Assembly (NCBI GenBank): GCA_001004885.1
Contig: LCRX01000001.1
Span: forward strand, 9,849 to 73,848
DNA: 64,000 nt
From: Candidatus Magasanikbacteria bacterium GW2011_GWA2_56_11
GTDB taxonomy: Bacteria > Patescibacteriota > Patescibacteriia > Magasanikbacterales > UBA922
Reading direction: 5' to 3'
The position numbers and the translations under genes were made by a program. Shown piece after piece: positions 10,239 through 19,538 of this stretch. How positions within the stretch are numbered: position 1 is the first letter of the stretch; the number at the start of each line of letters is the position of its first letter. The notes under the pieces were generated by a model. That model was not told where the DNA came from, ran no database searches, and saw only the letters and a list, made by a program, of their open reading frames with translations.

Positions 10239-10395
10239 AGATAATTTGTTACTCGTAGACGACAAGGTTTTTGGCTGGAACACCCAGGAACCAGTTGTTC
10301 GACGGTGGATCGGGGCGTTTGTGTTTTTTGGGCTGGCGGTATCGATCGATAGGTTTTTCGGATGAAACAACGCTCCGGTCATAACGGTTACTTTT

Positions 10396-11205
10396 TTAAT
10401 CATCCCCTATATAGTGTTGTTTTTCCCAGGCGTCTCGTGTCATTACGCTAATGTTTTTGACCCCGCCTGCATCTAACATCTCGACGGCCATTTGCCTGTC
10501 CGACTCGCTACCGATCAAAACGGCAACACAATTTCCATCGAGAGGCGCGTCTGATATAGTCGGATACTGTAGCGTGGCGTCATAGCTGCCAAGCTCCATC
10601 ATTTTTGGCCCCATGACAAGGACGACTCCTTTGCCAGACGCACCTACCCCATGTGGGGTTAAACCCTTGTTAATAAGATCGCCATTTTTATCAAAAATAT
10701 CCCTCGTCATCATTACATCATCACTTGCTGACCACGCTGGCGGGTTAGCATCAGGGTTTCTTTTTTTAATTTCTGATCGCGATAAAAGTCCGCCGGCTTC
10801 AATGATTCTTTTAAAATTTTCAAAACTCGTTTGGTGATAATGAAATACTCTTTCGGGAGAATCAATGCGCCCCTTTGCGAATGAGCGTATTTCTGCCAAG
10901 ATAACGCTTGGCTCTACCCCTTTCTCTTTTGCTTTGTGGCGAATCATCCGGTCTTTGCCCCGATAACTTTCCATTTGGAGCCTGGCGAGGAATTGTTGTC
11001 TTTCGGCGGGGGTTAGGGCCGGTTTTTCTTTTTCAGGAACCAAAGCTACTGTTGAATCATAATTCGTATTACCATCCCACGTGGCGGCTTTCGATACGTC
11101 AAACGTACCATCTGCCCGCTGTGCCGCGCCAACAATATACTTTGGTTTTTCGGTGCATGCCCCGGTGGCATGATCCCTTCCACAAACTTTGCATCTTGAT
11201 TCCAT
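10396..11205 (-). CDS. Hypothetical protein with N-terminal CxxC...C zinc-ribbon-like motif (269 aa); low GC
   Basis: CKVCGRDHATGAC at N-terminus; convergent with the NTase-like gene. Confidence 0.35.
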   Translation of the reverse strand: MESRCKVCGRDHATGACTEKPKYIVGAAQRADGTFDVSKAATWDGNTNYDSTVALVPEKEKPALTPAERQQFLARLQMESYRGKDRMIRHKAKEKGVEPSVILAEIRSFAKGRIDSPERVFHYHQTSFENFKRIIEAGGLLSRSEIKKRNPDANPPAWSASDDVMMTRDIFDKNGDLINKGLTPHGVGASGKGVVLVMGPKMMELGSYDATLQYPTISDAPLDGNCVAVLIGSESDRQMAVEMLDAGGVKNISVMTRDAWEKQHYIGDD

Positions 11206-11597
11206 ACAGGAATTGGGTTTAGCAAGTCTAAGTAAGTTTCCTCGATTTTTTCCAGTGTTTCAGGTTGAATGAGGGCCTTTTACACATTTAAGTACAGTAA
11301 TTTCAACTACCATTACTATAGCTGTTTTTTGCAATAATGCAATTGGCAAGAGATCGCACGAAGCGTCTTAAGGAATTTAATTAAAACGAAGCGGAGAACA
11401 AGGAGCCACTAGCCAACTGCCTCTGTACTTTGAAACGATGCCGGGCTACTGAAAAGAAATGGAATACGCAGAAAAAATTAAATTCCAGAATTCGATTTTT
11501 TCTTAAAACCGCGTACCAATATCCGGAATTTGAACCCCCGAAATTTTCTCTTATCTTCCAACAAAAAAGAGAGCTTGCATGTGCAAACCCCCAGTTG

Positions 11598-11669
11598 TAG
11601 CGCCAAGGGGAATTGAACCCCTGTTCCCAGGATGAAAACCTGGTGTCCTAACCACTAGACGATGGCGCC
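11598..11669 (-). tRNA. tRNA-Glu (anticodon TTC)
   Basis: reverse complement GGCGCCATCGTCTAGTGGTTAGGACACCAGGTTTTCATCCTGGGAACAGGGGTTCAATTCCCCTTGGCGCT folds as cloverleaf with TTC anticodon; close to E. coli tRNA-Glu. Confidence 0.8.
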
Positions 11670-11780
11670 TCTTGGCCGCCCGGCTTTTGTGTCAGCGGCT
11701 CTGTCTATTGCCTAAAACGGGCTTAGTATACCTAAAGTGTTACCAGCCGTCAACACGGCAGAGCGTCTCCAGCCCGTCTG

Positions 11781-11962
11781 TTGACAGCCAGAAGTCGCTG
11801 TGGTACACTCTCCTCGTCATTAGATAACCGCAGACAGTAGCTCCCGTAACGGGTTAAATACGCTACCGAGGGGATCTACCTGCTTCTTCCCGGTTTAGCC
11901 GGGAAAGGTAAAGGTCGAAGAATCCTGGAGTCTGTGGTCTATACCACAGTTTTTGTTTATCT
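11781..11962 (+). promoter_or_regulatory. Promoter TTGACA-N17-TACACT plus structured 5' leader of the rplJ-rplL operon (L10 leader-like)
   Basis: consensus promoter at 11781-11809; ~150-nt GC-rich leader before rplJ start as in L10(L12)4 autoregulated leaders. Confidence 0.5.
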
Positions 11963-12484
11963 ATGGCCAAAACCAAACAAGTTAAAGCCGACGCGCTCAC
12001 TGACCTCGCGGCTCACATCAAAGAGTCCAAGTCGGTCGTGTTCGCCAACTTCCAGGGCCTCAAGGTCAAGGAGTCGGAAGATCTGCGCGGCAAGTGCCGG
12101 GAAGAAAACGTTTATTACGTGGCGACCAAAAAAACCCTGCTTAACAAAGCCCTGCGGGATGCCGGTTTGGAGATCGACATCAAAGGTTTCCAGGGTGGAA
12201 TAGCCGCCATCTTCGGTCTGCAGGACGAAGTCGCCCCGGCCCAAATCACGGCCCGGTTTGCCAAGACTCACGAGGTAGTAGGCATTTTCGGCGGCGTGCT
12301 CGAGGGACGCTTCATAGACGCGGCGAAAGTTAAGGCGCTCGCCGAGCTGCCGAGCAAGCAACAGTTGCTTGGCCAGTTGGTAGGTACCTTGAACGCCCCC
12401 ATCTCCGGCTTCGTCAACGTACTGGCCGGAAACATCCGCGGGCTGGTTACCGCCCTAAATGCTATCAAAGAGCAGAAAGCCTAA
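11963..12484 (+). CDS. rplJ: 50S ribosomal protein L10
   Basis: [35 protein letters not shown] typical L10 N-terminus. Confidence 0.9.
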   Translation: MAKTKQVKADALTDLAAHIKESKSVVFANFQGLKVKESEDLRGKCREENVYYVATKKTLLNKALRDAGLEIDIKGFQGGIAAIFGLQDEVAPAQITARFAKTHEVVGIFGGVLEGRFIDAAKVKALAELPSKQQLLGQLVGTLNAPISGFVNVLAGNIRGLVTALNAIKEQKA

Positions 12485-12512
12485 CTCAAACCCTAATTTA
12501 ATTATTTCGCAT

Positions 12513-12914
12513 ATGTCAGAAGAGAAAACCGTAGTCGTGCCGGAGAAGTTTCAGGCGCTCGTCTCTGAGATCGAAAAGATGTCGGTCTTGGATCTCTCCG
12601 AGCTCGTCAAAGTGCTCGAGGACAAGTTCGGCGTGTCCGCCGCCGCCCCGGCCATGATGATGGCCGCCCCGGCCGCTGCCGCCGCCCCGGCCGCTGAGGA
12701 AAAGAGCGAGTTCAACGTCGAGCTCATTGATGCCGGCGCCAACAAGATTGCCGTCATCAAAGTTATAAAGGAAGTAACTGGTTTGGGTTTGGCGGATGCC
12801 AAGGCCCTCGTGGACGGCGCCCCGAAGATGGTAAAGGAAGGCGTCAAGAAAGAAGATGCCGAGGCCATGAAGAAGAAAATCGAAGAGGCCGGCGGCAAGG
12901 TGGAGTTGAAATAG
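12513..12914 (+). CDS. rplL: 50S ribosomal protein L7/L12
   Basis: MSEEK...Ala/Pro hinge...[31 protein letters not shown]...KVELK; ORF track start 12459 is upstream of the true ATG. Confidence 0.9.
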   Translation: MSEEKTVVVPEKFQALVSEIEKMSVLDLSELVKVLEDKFGVSAAAPAMMMAAPAAAAAPAAEEKSEFNVELIDAGANKIAVIKVIKEVTGLGLADAKALVDGAPKMVKEGVKKEDAEAMKKKIEEAGGKVELK

Positions 12915-12926
12915 TTTCGTCTCCGT

Positions 12927-12966
12927 CAACTAAAATCCCGCGCCATATGGCGCGGGATTTTAGTTG
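12927..12966. terminator. Perfect 18-bp inverted repeat CAACTAAAATCCCGCGCC-ATAT-GGCGCGGGATTTTAGTTG, bidirectional terminator between convergent rplL and the 747-aa gene
   Basis: read directly; flanked by A/T runs on both sides. Confidence 0.75.
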
Positions 12967-12976
12967 AGGTTAATTC

Positions 12977-15220
12977 TTACAGAGACAGCCGGTAAATTTT
13001 GTTTGCATCCAGCACGTAGACGGTTTTTCCGCCGTCCTCAACCGCGATGCCAGAGGGGGATTGCCACTCCTCGGCGGTGTACTGGGTCTCAAAAGCGCCG
13101 GTTTTGTTCAGGACAACCAGGCGCCGGTTGGAGCTTTCGAGTATGAATATCTCCTTGAGATCGGCGTTAGTAACGATTTGCGTCGGCTGCGCCAGAGACG
13201 GCTCAACGCCGTTCACGGTAAAAGGCTGCTCTTCGCCGGTAAAATACTTTTTAATTTCGCCGTTGTTTTTGAGAATGAAGATTTCGCCGTCAATGGCGAG
13301 CGACCGGGCGTCTGCCAGGCTCTCGCTGGTTTGCTTTAGCCAGGCCGTGCCTTTGTCATAACCGGTCTGAGTCGGGCTGTGCTTGTAGATTTGCTTTTGG
13401 GCCGACACGGCTAAGTACAGTTTTCGGTTGTAAATCCCGGCCGCGTCTACCTGGGTGCCTTCGGCCGGCAAGCCGATAGTTTTGGCCAGGAAAACACCGG
13501 TTTTCGGATCGTATTCGGCGGCCTTGTAACCGCGCGACAAAAATACTACCTTGTCCTCTTCGGCCGGCACGAGGGCAAAGGCGAGTTCGGGGGCAACATC
13601 ATTGTTTTTGACCTTGATCTCCTTGGCGGCGAGACCGACGGCATAAAATTTGCTGTCCGCCGGACCGTAAGCGATAATTTCCCCGCCGATTTTGACGAGT
13701 TTTTCGGTGCGGGCTTCGGGGTAGGCCGCCCCAATGTCGGCGATAAGTTCGGCCGGCACGGTTTTCAGATTGCGCAATTTTTCAGCGACCTGGGCGAGTG
13801 ATGTCTTCAATTCCGCCGCCGTTTGCTGTTGGCCGGTTTTTTCTTGCGGGAGTCCGGCCGCCAATGCTTGCGCCTCGCGGATGAGCTCGCTGGCTTTTGT
13901 TTTGTCGGCGTAAATCAGACTGGCTTCGGCCGCGTCCTTTTTGTCGCGGATAGCCGCGATTAAATTCAGGTATTTTTGTTCGCTGGCGGTCCGTTTTTCC
14001 TGGACTTGGATATACCCTAGGCTGCCGACAAACGCCAGAGCCAGGACCAGCGTGCAAGAAAGAATTATTTTGCTGACCAGTGGCAGGCTCGTGAGCCACT
14101 GGCGCTTATCCGCGGCCGCCAGGCGCCAGTCGCGGATTATCCGGGCCCGGCCCCGGCGCCAATTGGTGGAGAGAACAAATACAATTTGACCGGCACGGAT
14201 AAGGCCGACGAACAGCCGGCGAACTATCTCTATGAGGCCGTGCACCAGGTAGATTACCGCCCGGCCGAGCATGACCAGAGATTGTCCGAGCACGCCCTCG
14301 CGTTCAGCCGGGCCATCTCCGTACCGATGGTTGGTTTCCACTGTCCGGACGCGTGCCGCGGGGTGGAGATTTTCGGCCGCAACCGTCGTGTCGGCCGCCC
14401 TTTTTTTGAGCAGGGACTTGAGATTTTTACCCACGTCCCCGAGCAGGGGCGGCGAGAGGGTTTCGGCCGTGGACCTGGCAGAAGCCATGAGCTTGTTGAG
14501 CGACTCGGCCGAACCGTTGTCCATAATCTTGGGCTGCGCTCCGGTGCGCGGGGTGTCCGTGTGGTCGGTAAGGTGGAAGAGAATGCCGCCGAACGAGTAA
14601 TCGCTGCCGAGGTCGGAAAGTACCTTTTGGATATGGGCCATGCTTTGGCGCGTGGTCCGCGATTCGGCCAGTTTGCGCACCCGGTCGGGCGTAAAGTGAT
14701 CGCCGACGTGCGGAGTGGCGACATAAATATAGTCTCCCGGTCCCATGCTTCCCTCGACGATTTCCGAGAATAGCGCCGTGCCGCTGTCCGTCGGCTCGGG
14801 GGAGATGATCTCGGTCGCTTCCAGGTGCTCGCCGCCGCTGTAGATAAGGGCGGCAATCGGCGCGCCGTGGTAGGCCAGGGCCACCGCTTGTCCGCGGATA
14901 GTGCCGACAATGCAGTGTATGGCGCTTCCCGGATAGTCCAGGAGAATGCCGCCTTTTTTGTTGATGTTTTGCAGCACCCGCTCCAACAGGTACTCGCGTC
15001 TTTCTTCCTTGGCGTAGAATGCAGTTTCCACCTCGTCGATGAGTTCTTGGAATTTTTGGATTTGTTCGGGCGAGCCCTGGGCAATTTCCACCAAGGCAAA
15101 CAAATAGCCCCGTTCTTTTTCGTGGGGCGCTGTGGGTTCGGCAATATGGAGCAGGACATGCGCTTTACCGGGGTCGCGGCCTTCAACAAAAAATTCCTGG
15201 ACTTCGAGGACACTGGGCAT
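12977..15220 (-). CDS. Large membrane protein (747 aa): N-terminal cytoplasmic domain, TM segment(s), C-terminal beta-propeller-like repeats
   Basis: hydrophobic segment LTSLPLVSKIILSCTLVLALAFVGSLGYI mid-protein; repeated ...G.IY... strand motifs at C-terminus; no family assigned. Confidence 0.5.
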   Translation of the reverse strand: MPSVLEVQEFFVEGRDPGKAHVLLHIAEPTAPHEKERGYLFALVEIAQGSPEQIQKFQELIDEVETAFYAKEERREYLLERVLQNINKKGGILLDYPGSAIHCIVGTIRGQAVALAYHGAPIAALIYSGGEHLEATEIISPEPTDSGTALFSEIVEGSMGPGDYIYVATPHVGDHFTPDRVRKLAESRTTRQSMAHIQKVLSDLGSDYSFGGILFHLTDHTDTPRTGAQPKIMDNGSAESLNKLMASARSTAETLSPPLLGDVGKNLKSLLKKRAADTTVAAENLHPAARVRTVETNHRYGDGPAEREGVLGQSLVMLGRAVIYLVHGLIEIVRRLFVGLIRAGQIVFVLSTNWRRGRARIIRDWRLAAADKRQWLTSLPLVSKIILSCTLVLALAFVGSLGYIQVQEKRTASEQKYLNLIAAIRDKKDAAEASLIYADKTKASELIREAQALAAGLPQEKTGQQQTAAELKTSLAQVAEKLRNLKTVPAELIADIGAAYPEARTEKLVKIGGEIIAYGPADSKFYAVGLAAKEIKVKNNDVAPELAFALVPAEEDKVVFLSRGYKAAEYDPKTGVFLAKTIGLPAEGTQVDAAGIYNRKLYLAVSAQKQIYKHSPTQTGYDKGTAWLKQTSESLADARSLAIDGEIFILKNNGEIKKYFTGEEQPFTVNGVEPSLAQPTQIVTNADLKEIFILESSNRRLVVLNKTGAFETQYTAEEWQSPSGIAVEDGGKTVYVLDANKIYRLSL

Positions 15221-15369
15221 AAAGCGGACTGGTTCTTTGACTTTGTACTATAGGGGAATTATACTATATTCCATACCGGAATCCAATACCGGCCAGTAGG
15301 CGGGTAAAAGACAGCTGGTTTATCCGCCAGCGGCGTCCGCTATTTTGTACCGGTTTTTTTATACCCATT

Positions 15370-15972
15370 ATGCTTGAACACCTCTTTGGTTCAAAGACCC
15401 GCGTCAAGCTTCTTAGGATCTTGTTTCGTTTTCCGGACAGATCATTTTTTGTGCGCGAGATGGCTCGGACGCTGGAGGTGCAGATAAATGCCGTGCGCCG
15501 GGAAATCGAGATTCTGATGTCCGTGGGGCTCTTGCGCGAAGTGGAAGAGAAAAAAGGCCCGGACGAAGAGATACAGGCGGGGGCAATGCTCCGGAAGTAT
15601 TACCGCCTAGACAAGGAGGCCACGCTTTATCCGGAATTGCATGCCCTGCTGGTCAAAGAACAGCTTTTGGGAGAGGAACAGTTCGTGAAGGATCTACAGT
15701 CGAAAATAGGCACGCCGGAATTGTTGCTTTTGACCGGCCGTTTTACCCACGACGACCGGGCGCCGTCGGACATACTTATTGTCGGCAGCGATATTAAGGA
15801 CAAAATCGTGGCCCGGCTGGTGGCCGATTACGAAAAGGACTTTGGCTTTCCGATCCGGTACACGATTATGGACCACCAGGAGTTTACCGACCGGCGGTAC
15901 GTAATGGACAAGTTTCTGTTTTCGCTTTTCGAGGCAAACCATGTGAAAGCGGTTAATGTTTTCGATTTGTAA
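15370..15972 (+). CDS. Winged-helix transcriptional regulator-like protein (200 aa)
   Basis: LFGSKTRVKLLRILF...FFVREMARTLEVQINAVRREIEILMSVGLL resembles ArsR/MarR-type wHTH. Confidence 0.45.
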   Translation: MLEHLFGSKTRVKLLRILFRFPDRSFFVREMARTLEVQINAVRREIEILMSVGLLREVEEKKGPDEEIQAGAMLRKYYRLDKEATLYPELHALLVKEQLLGEEQFVKDLQSKIGTPELLLLTGRFTHDDRAPSDILIVGSDIKDKIVARLVADYEKDFGFPIRYTIMDHQEFTDRRYVMDKFLFSLFEANHVKAVNVFDL

Positions 15973-16074
15973 GCTGTCCTGGTATTATGAAGCGGTGCAC
16001 GCGCGAGATGATCTACCGGCTGCGCCGGGAGGGGCCGGGCGAGCCGGGCGGACCGGGGCGCAGATAACTGGGTT

Positions 16075-16461
16075 ATGTTTCTTCTCATCAACACGGCCGA
16101 AAAAGGCCAGGTAGAGCTGGCGCTGTTCGACGCCGAACGGCTTGAACAAAAAAAATATCCGGCCGAAAACCGGGATGTTTTGACCAGCGTGGATGATTTT
16201 TTATCTTCCCTGGGAACGAGTAAAGATAATATTCAGGGCGTAATGGTCGTCGTCGGCGCCGGCGGGTTTACGAGCACTCGCATCGCGACGACGATCGCGA
16301 ATGGTTTCGCCTACGCGCGGGCGATACCCGTCATGGGGATCAGCATTGACCAGGTGCCGGAGGCGCAAAAGCTTATTCCCGCTCTTCTTTTCCGGCCGCG
16401 GGGGCAGTATGTGTCGGCGACGTATAGCGGCGAGCCGAATATTGGGAAAATTGAAAAGTAA
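16075..16461 (+). CDS. tsaB: tRNA threonylcarbamoyladenosine biosynthesis protein TsaB (short form, 128 aa)
   Basis: MFLLINTAEKGQVELALF... and GAGGFTSTRIATTIANGFAYARAIPVMGIS match YeaZ/TsaB N-terminal domain. Confidence 0.7.
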   Translation: MFLLINTAEKGQVELALFDAERLEQKKYPAENRDVLTSVDDFLSSLGTSKDNIQGVMVVVGAGGFTSTRIATTIANGFAYARAIPVMGISIDQVPEAQKLIPALLFRPRGQYVSATYSGEPNIGKIEK

Positions 16462-16464
16462 ATT

Positions 16465-17274
16465 ATGGGTCAGGAACAGTGGACATCGTCTGTTGCCGCC
16501 GAGTGGGGGATATTCCTGCCGCCGGCGCGGCCGTCGTTATCCGAACTGGTTGTAATCGAGACGCGGCTTTTCGAAAGAAAAAAGAATAATCCCGGCCTGC
16601 GGGTGGGTATTCTCGGCTCCACTCCGGAGTACCGTGATTTGTGCCAGACTTACGCGATTGATTACCGGTGCGTTGATTACCGCCAGGATAATTTCGACAC
16701 TCTCGGCCGCCATCTTCTTCACCCGGACGGCGCGGAGCGACTGATCGTATCGGACTGGAGGAAAATGGAATTTCCTGGCCAGATTGACGTTTGGCTCGGC
16801 GACTTGGCCACGACCGTGACGCCGGTTTCCGATCACCGCGTGATGTTCGAGAATATCCGCGCGCATTCCCGGCCGGGAGCGGAAGTGATTTTGAAGGTGC
16901 CGCTCCGGGCAGATAATACTGTCCTGACGCACGAGCAGATATTCGCCTTGTACCGCGCGGAACGCGCGCACCTTAATCCATTTGCCGCGGTTTGGATAGA
17001 AGTACTCCTGGCCGACTATGATTTCGCCGCTGACACCATGTATTGTCCGACCAGCCGGGCGAGGCTGGAGGAATCGTGTCGGCAGGGGATTGTCTCCGAA
17101 TTTGAATTTGGCGAATTTACCAAACGGTGGGACGTTTTGGGCGACTTTAAAATGAATATTCCGCTCCGGTCCGAGTTTGTGGCGCGCTTGAGAGAATTCT
17201 TTCCCGTTATCAAATTTACTTCGGGACAGGACTGGTACCGGGAGCAGGTGCCAATAATTATTGGCCGCTACTGA
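16465..17274 (+). CDS. Class I SAM-dependent methyltransferase-like paralog 1 of 8 (TPMT-like?)
   Basis: N-term W..PPARPSLSE; motif I-like VGILGSTPEYRDL; motif II DVWLGD; 4 bp after tsaB stop. Confidence 0.55.
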   Translation: MGQEQWTSSVAAEWGIFLPPARPSLSELVVIETRLFERKKNNPGLRVGILGSTPEYRDLCQTYAIDYRCVDYRQDNFDTLGRHLLHPDGAERLIVSDWRKMEFPGQIDVWLGDLATTVTPVSDHRVMFENIRAHSRPGAEVILKVPLRADNTVLTHEQIFALYRAERAHLNPFAAVWIEVLLADYDFAADTMYCPTSRARLEESCRQGIVSEFEFGEFTKRWDVLGDFKMNIPLRSEFVARLREFFPVIKFTSGQDWYREQVPIIIGRY

Positions 17275-17308
17275 TTATTTTTGGCTAATTATAGGTCAAA
17301 AGATCCCT

Positions 17309-17344
17309 AAACGCCTTGACAAGAGGCGTTTTTTAGTGTATATT
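17309..17344 (+). promoter_or_regulatory. Terminator-like hairpin AAACGCCT/AGGCGTTT+T6 overlapping promoter TTGACA-N17-TATATT
   Basis: read directly; lies between paralog 1 and the high-GC PLP gene. Confidence 0.55.
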
Positions 17345-17420
17345 CGGTTATTCCTCGGCCAGACTCGGCGCGGGGTGCATGCGTTCCCGGCTGGCGTCGG
17401 GAAAGGAGGGGTTACAAACC

Positions 17421-18575
17421 ATGGTACGACAAAGCGTCGGGCAGTGGCTGGAAGCCACCTGCCCGAATTATGACACTGCTCTGTCCCCGGTGAGCCGGGA
17501 GGCCGAGCGCGAGCTGGCCGCCAGCTTCGACGTCAATGTCCCGGACATCCCGTACGCGCGGTACGGGAACACGATCTCGCTGGCCGTAGCCAAGAACTAC
17601 GCCGACCGAGTCGGCGCGACGGGGCTCGGCTTCGAGGCTCGCCTCACCAACTGCGGCATGGCCGCGATCCGGGCGGTGTTCGAGACCGGCATCCGGTGCT
17701 ACGCTGACCATCTCGCCGCCGGGAAGGTCCTGTACGGGCTCACCGACGAGCTCTTCAGGACGGCGCCGGATCTCTTCCGGACCACGAAGCCACACCGCTT
17801 CAACGCCGTCCGCGGCCTCGGACCGGACGTGTTCCCCACCGGGATGCGGTTCATGGTGTTCGTCGAGACGATCGGCAATGGGATCCCCATGCCGGTCTTC
17901 GTTCTCGAGAAGTTCCTGCGCGAGCACTGGAACAACCAGGAGGTCCTCGTCGTAGACGGGACTTTCACCACCTGCGCGCTCCTGAACCCGTTCGGGGTCT
18001 ACGACCGGGTCAGGAGGGATTTCGGTCCGGGCACCATCAAGCTGGTGTACGTGGAGTCGCTCTCCAAGTACTACCGGACCGGGGACATCGACCACGGCAC
18101 GGCCGGGATCATCGTCGCGCCCCAGGTGTTCATCGCCGAGTGCGACAAGGTCCTGGCCCACGGCTTCGGGATCCAGTACCCGCAGCTCGCGGACTTCCCG
18201 GTTGACCTCTTCGGGGCCTGCGCCGAGGTCATGCCGCGACTGTCGTTCAACGCCAAGGCCGCGGCCGAGTTCCTGCGCGGGCATCCGCGCGTGAGGAACG
18301 TGTGGTACCCGGGCTGGGACTCGGAGCTGGCGCGGGGCGCCGGCGGCGTCCTCTACCTCGAGGTCGAGACCGATGAGCGCGGCGCGGGCGAGCGGCTCTT
18401 CGAGCCGGTCATCCCGTTCCGGGCCTCGTTCGGACACGCCCAGTCGACGCACGTCGACTTCGGGCAGTTCAACCAGAGCCTGCCGCCTGGCACCATCCGC
18501 CTCGCGGTCGGCACCCGGGAGACCCCGAGCCAGGTCGTCGCGAAGCTCCAGACGGCCCTCGGGCCGCGCCTCTAG
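17421..18575 (+). CDS. Cys/Met-metabolism PLP-dependent enzyme family protein (cystathionine gamma-synthase/beta-lyase/methionine gamma-lyase-like); ~68% GC
   Basis: YVESLSKYY (PLP-lysine motif S.TKY-like) and C-terminal IRLAVGTRE resemble the IRLSVGIE signature; AAGGAGG RBS before ATG 17421. Confidence 0.6.
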   Translation: MVRQSVGQWLEATCPNYDTALSPVSREAERELAASFDVNVPDIPYARYGNTISLAVAKNYADRVGATGLGFEARLTNCGMAAIRAVFETGIRCYADHLAAGKVLYGLTDELFRTAPDLFRTTKPHRFNAVRGLGPDVFPTGMRFMVFVETIGNGIPMPVFVLEKFLREHWNNQEVLVVDGTFTTCALLNPFGVYDRVRRDFGPGTIKLVYVESLSKYYRTGDIDHGTAGIIVAPQVFIAECDKVLAHGFGIQYPQLADFPVDLFGACAEVMPRLSFNAKAAAEFLRGHPRVRNVWYPGWDSELARGAGGVLYLEVETDERGAGERLFEPVIPFRASFGHAQSTHVDFGQFNQSLPPGTIRLAVGTRETPSQVVAKLQTALGPRL

Positions 18576-18654
18576 TCCTCCCACCATGGTTCTCTACGGC
18601 GCCCACCGGCGCCGCCCGCCCAGTCATCCGACTGGGCTTCTACATTTATATAGG

Positions 18655-18684
18655 TTGCAAAAAAGCTCTCACTGTGGCTAAAAT
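18655..18684 (+). promoter_or_regulatory. Promoter TTGCAA-N17-TAAAAT upstream of paralog 2
   Basis: near-consensus -35/-10 with 17-nt spacer. Confidence 0.45.
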
Positions 18685-18701
18685 ACTCCTGTTGAGCTTG
18701 A

Positions 18702-19535
18702 ATGGCTATGGAAAATACAAACTGGCGGACAGATTTCGCCGAACGCTGGGTGAAGTATTGGACCCCGCCCGCTCGCCCGACGCCGGGTTCGCTGGCTTTT
18801 ATTCAGGAGAAGCTGGCTGCCTATCCGAAAAAAGGTCCCCGTGTCCTAGTTCTTGGATCAACGAGCGAGTTCCGGGATATGTTGTTTGACCGGGGAATCC
18901 GGCCGGCCGTCGTCGATTTTAGCCGCGACAACTACCGCATCCTTTCGCAAGCGATGCGGCACAAAGACGAGTACGAAGACAATGAGCGGTATGTCGAGGC
19001 CGACTGGTGCGCGATGGATTTGGGAGAAGAGTTCGACATTATTCTTGGTGATGCGGTTTTTAATATTGTTCCGAAAGAGTCCAACGGGCGGCTGCTCGGA
19101 AACATTAAGCGGCACTTGGCTCCGGAAGGAATATATATCGAGCGGGTGCATGTCTTCCCGGAAAAATATCGCGGGTTTGATATCGCGGCCGAAACCAAGA
19201 AGCGCCGCGAGGACATCGCGCGGCATTCTTTTTACTACGTATTTGGCACGCCTTCATACCTGGCGGCGATGGAAAAAGACAACGAACCGATACCGTTAAA
19301 GAAAGTATCGAGTCTCGTCGACGGCATATATGCCGAAGGACTTATCACGCCCGGCCAGTACGAAGAGTGGCGGCGGCTCGGCAAGCACCTGACCGATTTT
19401 GTTTTCTTTCTTCCGACCGAACAGTTCGCCCGCGACCGGCTGGCGGAATACTTTGCGATCGCGGAGGTGCATGTTGATTACGATTTTCCGTTTTACCCCG
19501 AGTTCTACCCCAATTTTGTGTTAAAAAAATTCTGA
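18702..19535 (+). CDS. SAM-methyltransferase-like paralog 2
   Basis: WTPPARPTPGS; VLVLGSTSEFRDML; VVDFSRDN (post-I); FDIILGDAVF (II); LAPEGIY (III). Confidence 0.55.
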   Translation: MAMENTNWRTDFAERWVKYWTPPARPTPGSLAFIQEKLAAYPKKGPRVLVLGSTSEFRDMLFDRGIRPAVVDFSRDNYRILSQAMRHKDEYEDNERYVEADWCAMDLGEEFDIILGDAVFNIVPKESNGRLLGNIKRHLAPEGIYIERVHVFPEKYRGFDIAAETKKRREDIARHSFYYVFGTPSYLAAMEKDNEPIPLKKVSSLVDGIYAEGLITPGQYEEWRRLGKHLTDFVFFLPTEQFARDRLAEYFAIAEVHVDYDFPFYPEFYPNFVLKKF

Positions 19536-19538
19536 TCT

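Noticed and set aside
11515-11550. CCGGAATTTGAACCCCCGAAATTT resembling the T-arm of the nearby tRNA-Glu, considered as an attachment-site direct repeat
   Set aside because: Only ~14 nt of loose similarity, located just ~50 bp from the tRNA 3' end. This is insufficient to call an integration duplicate.
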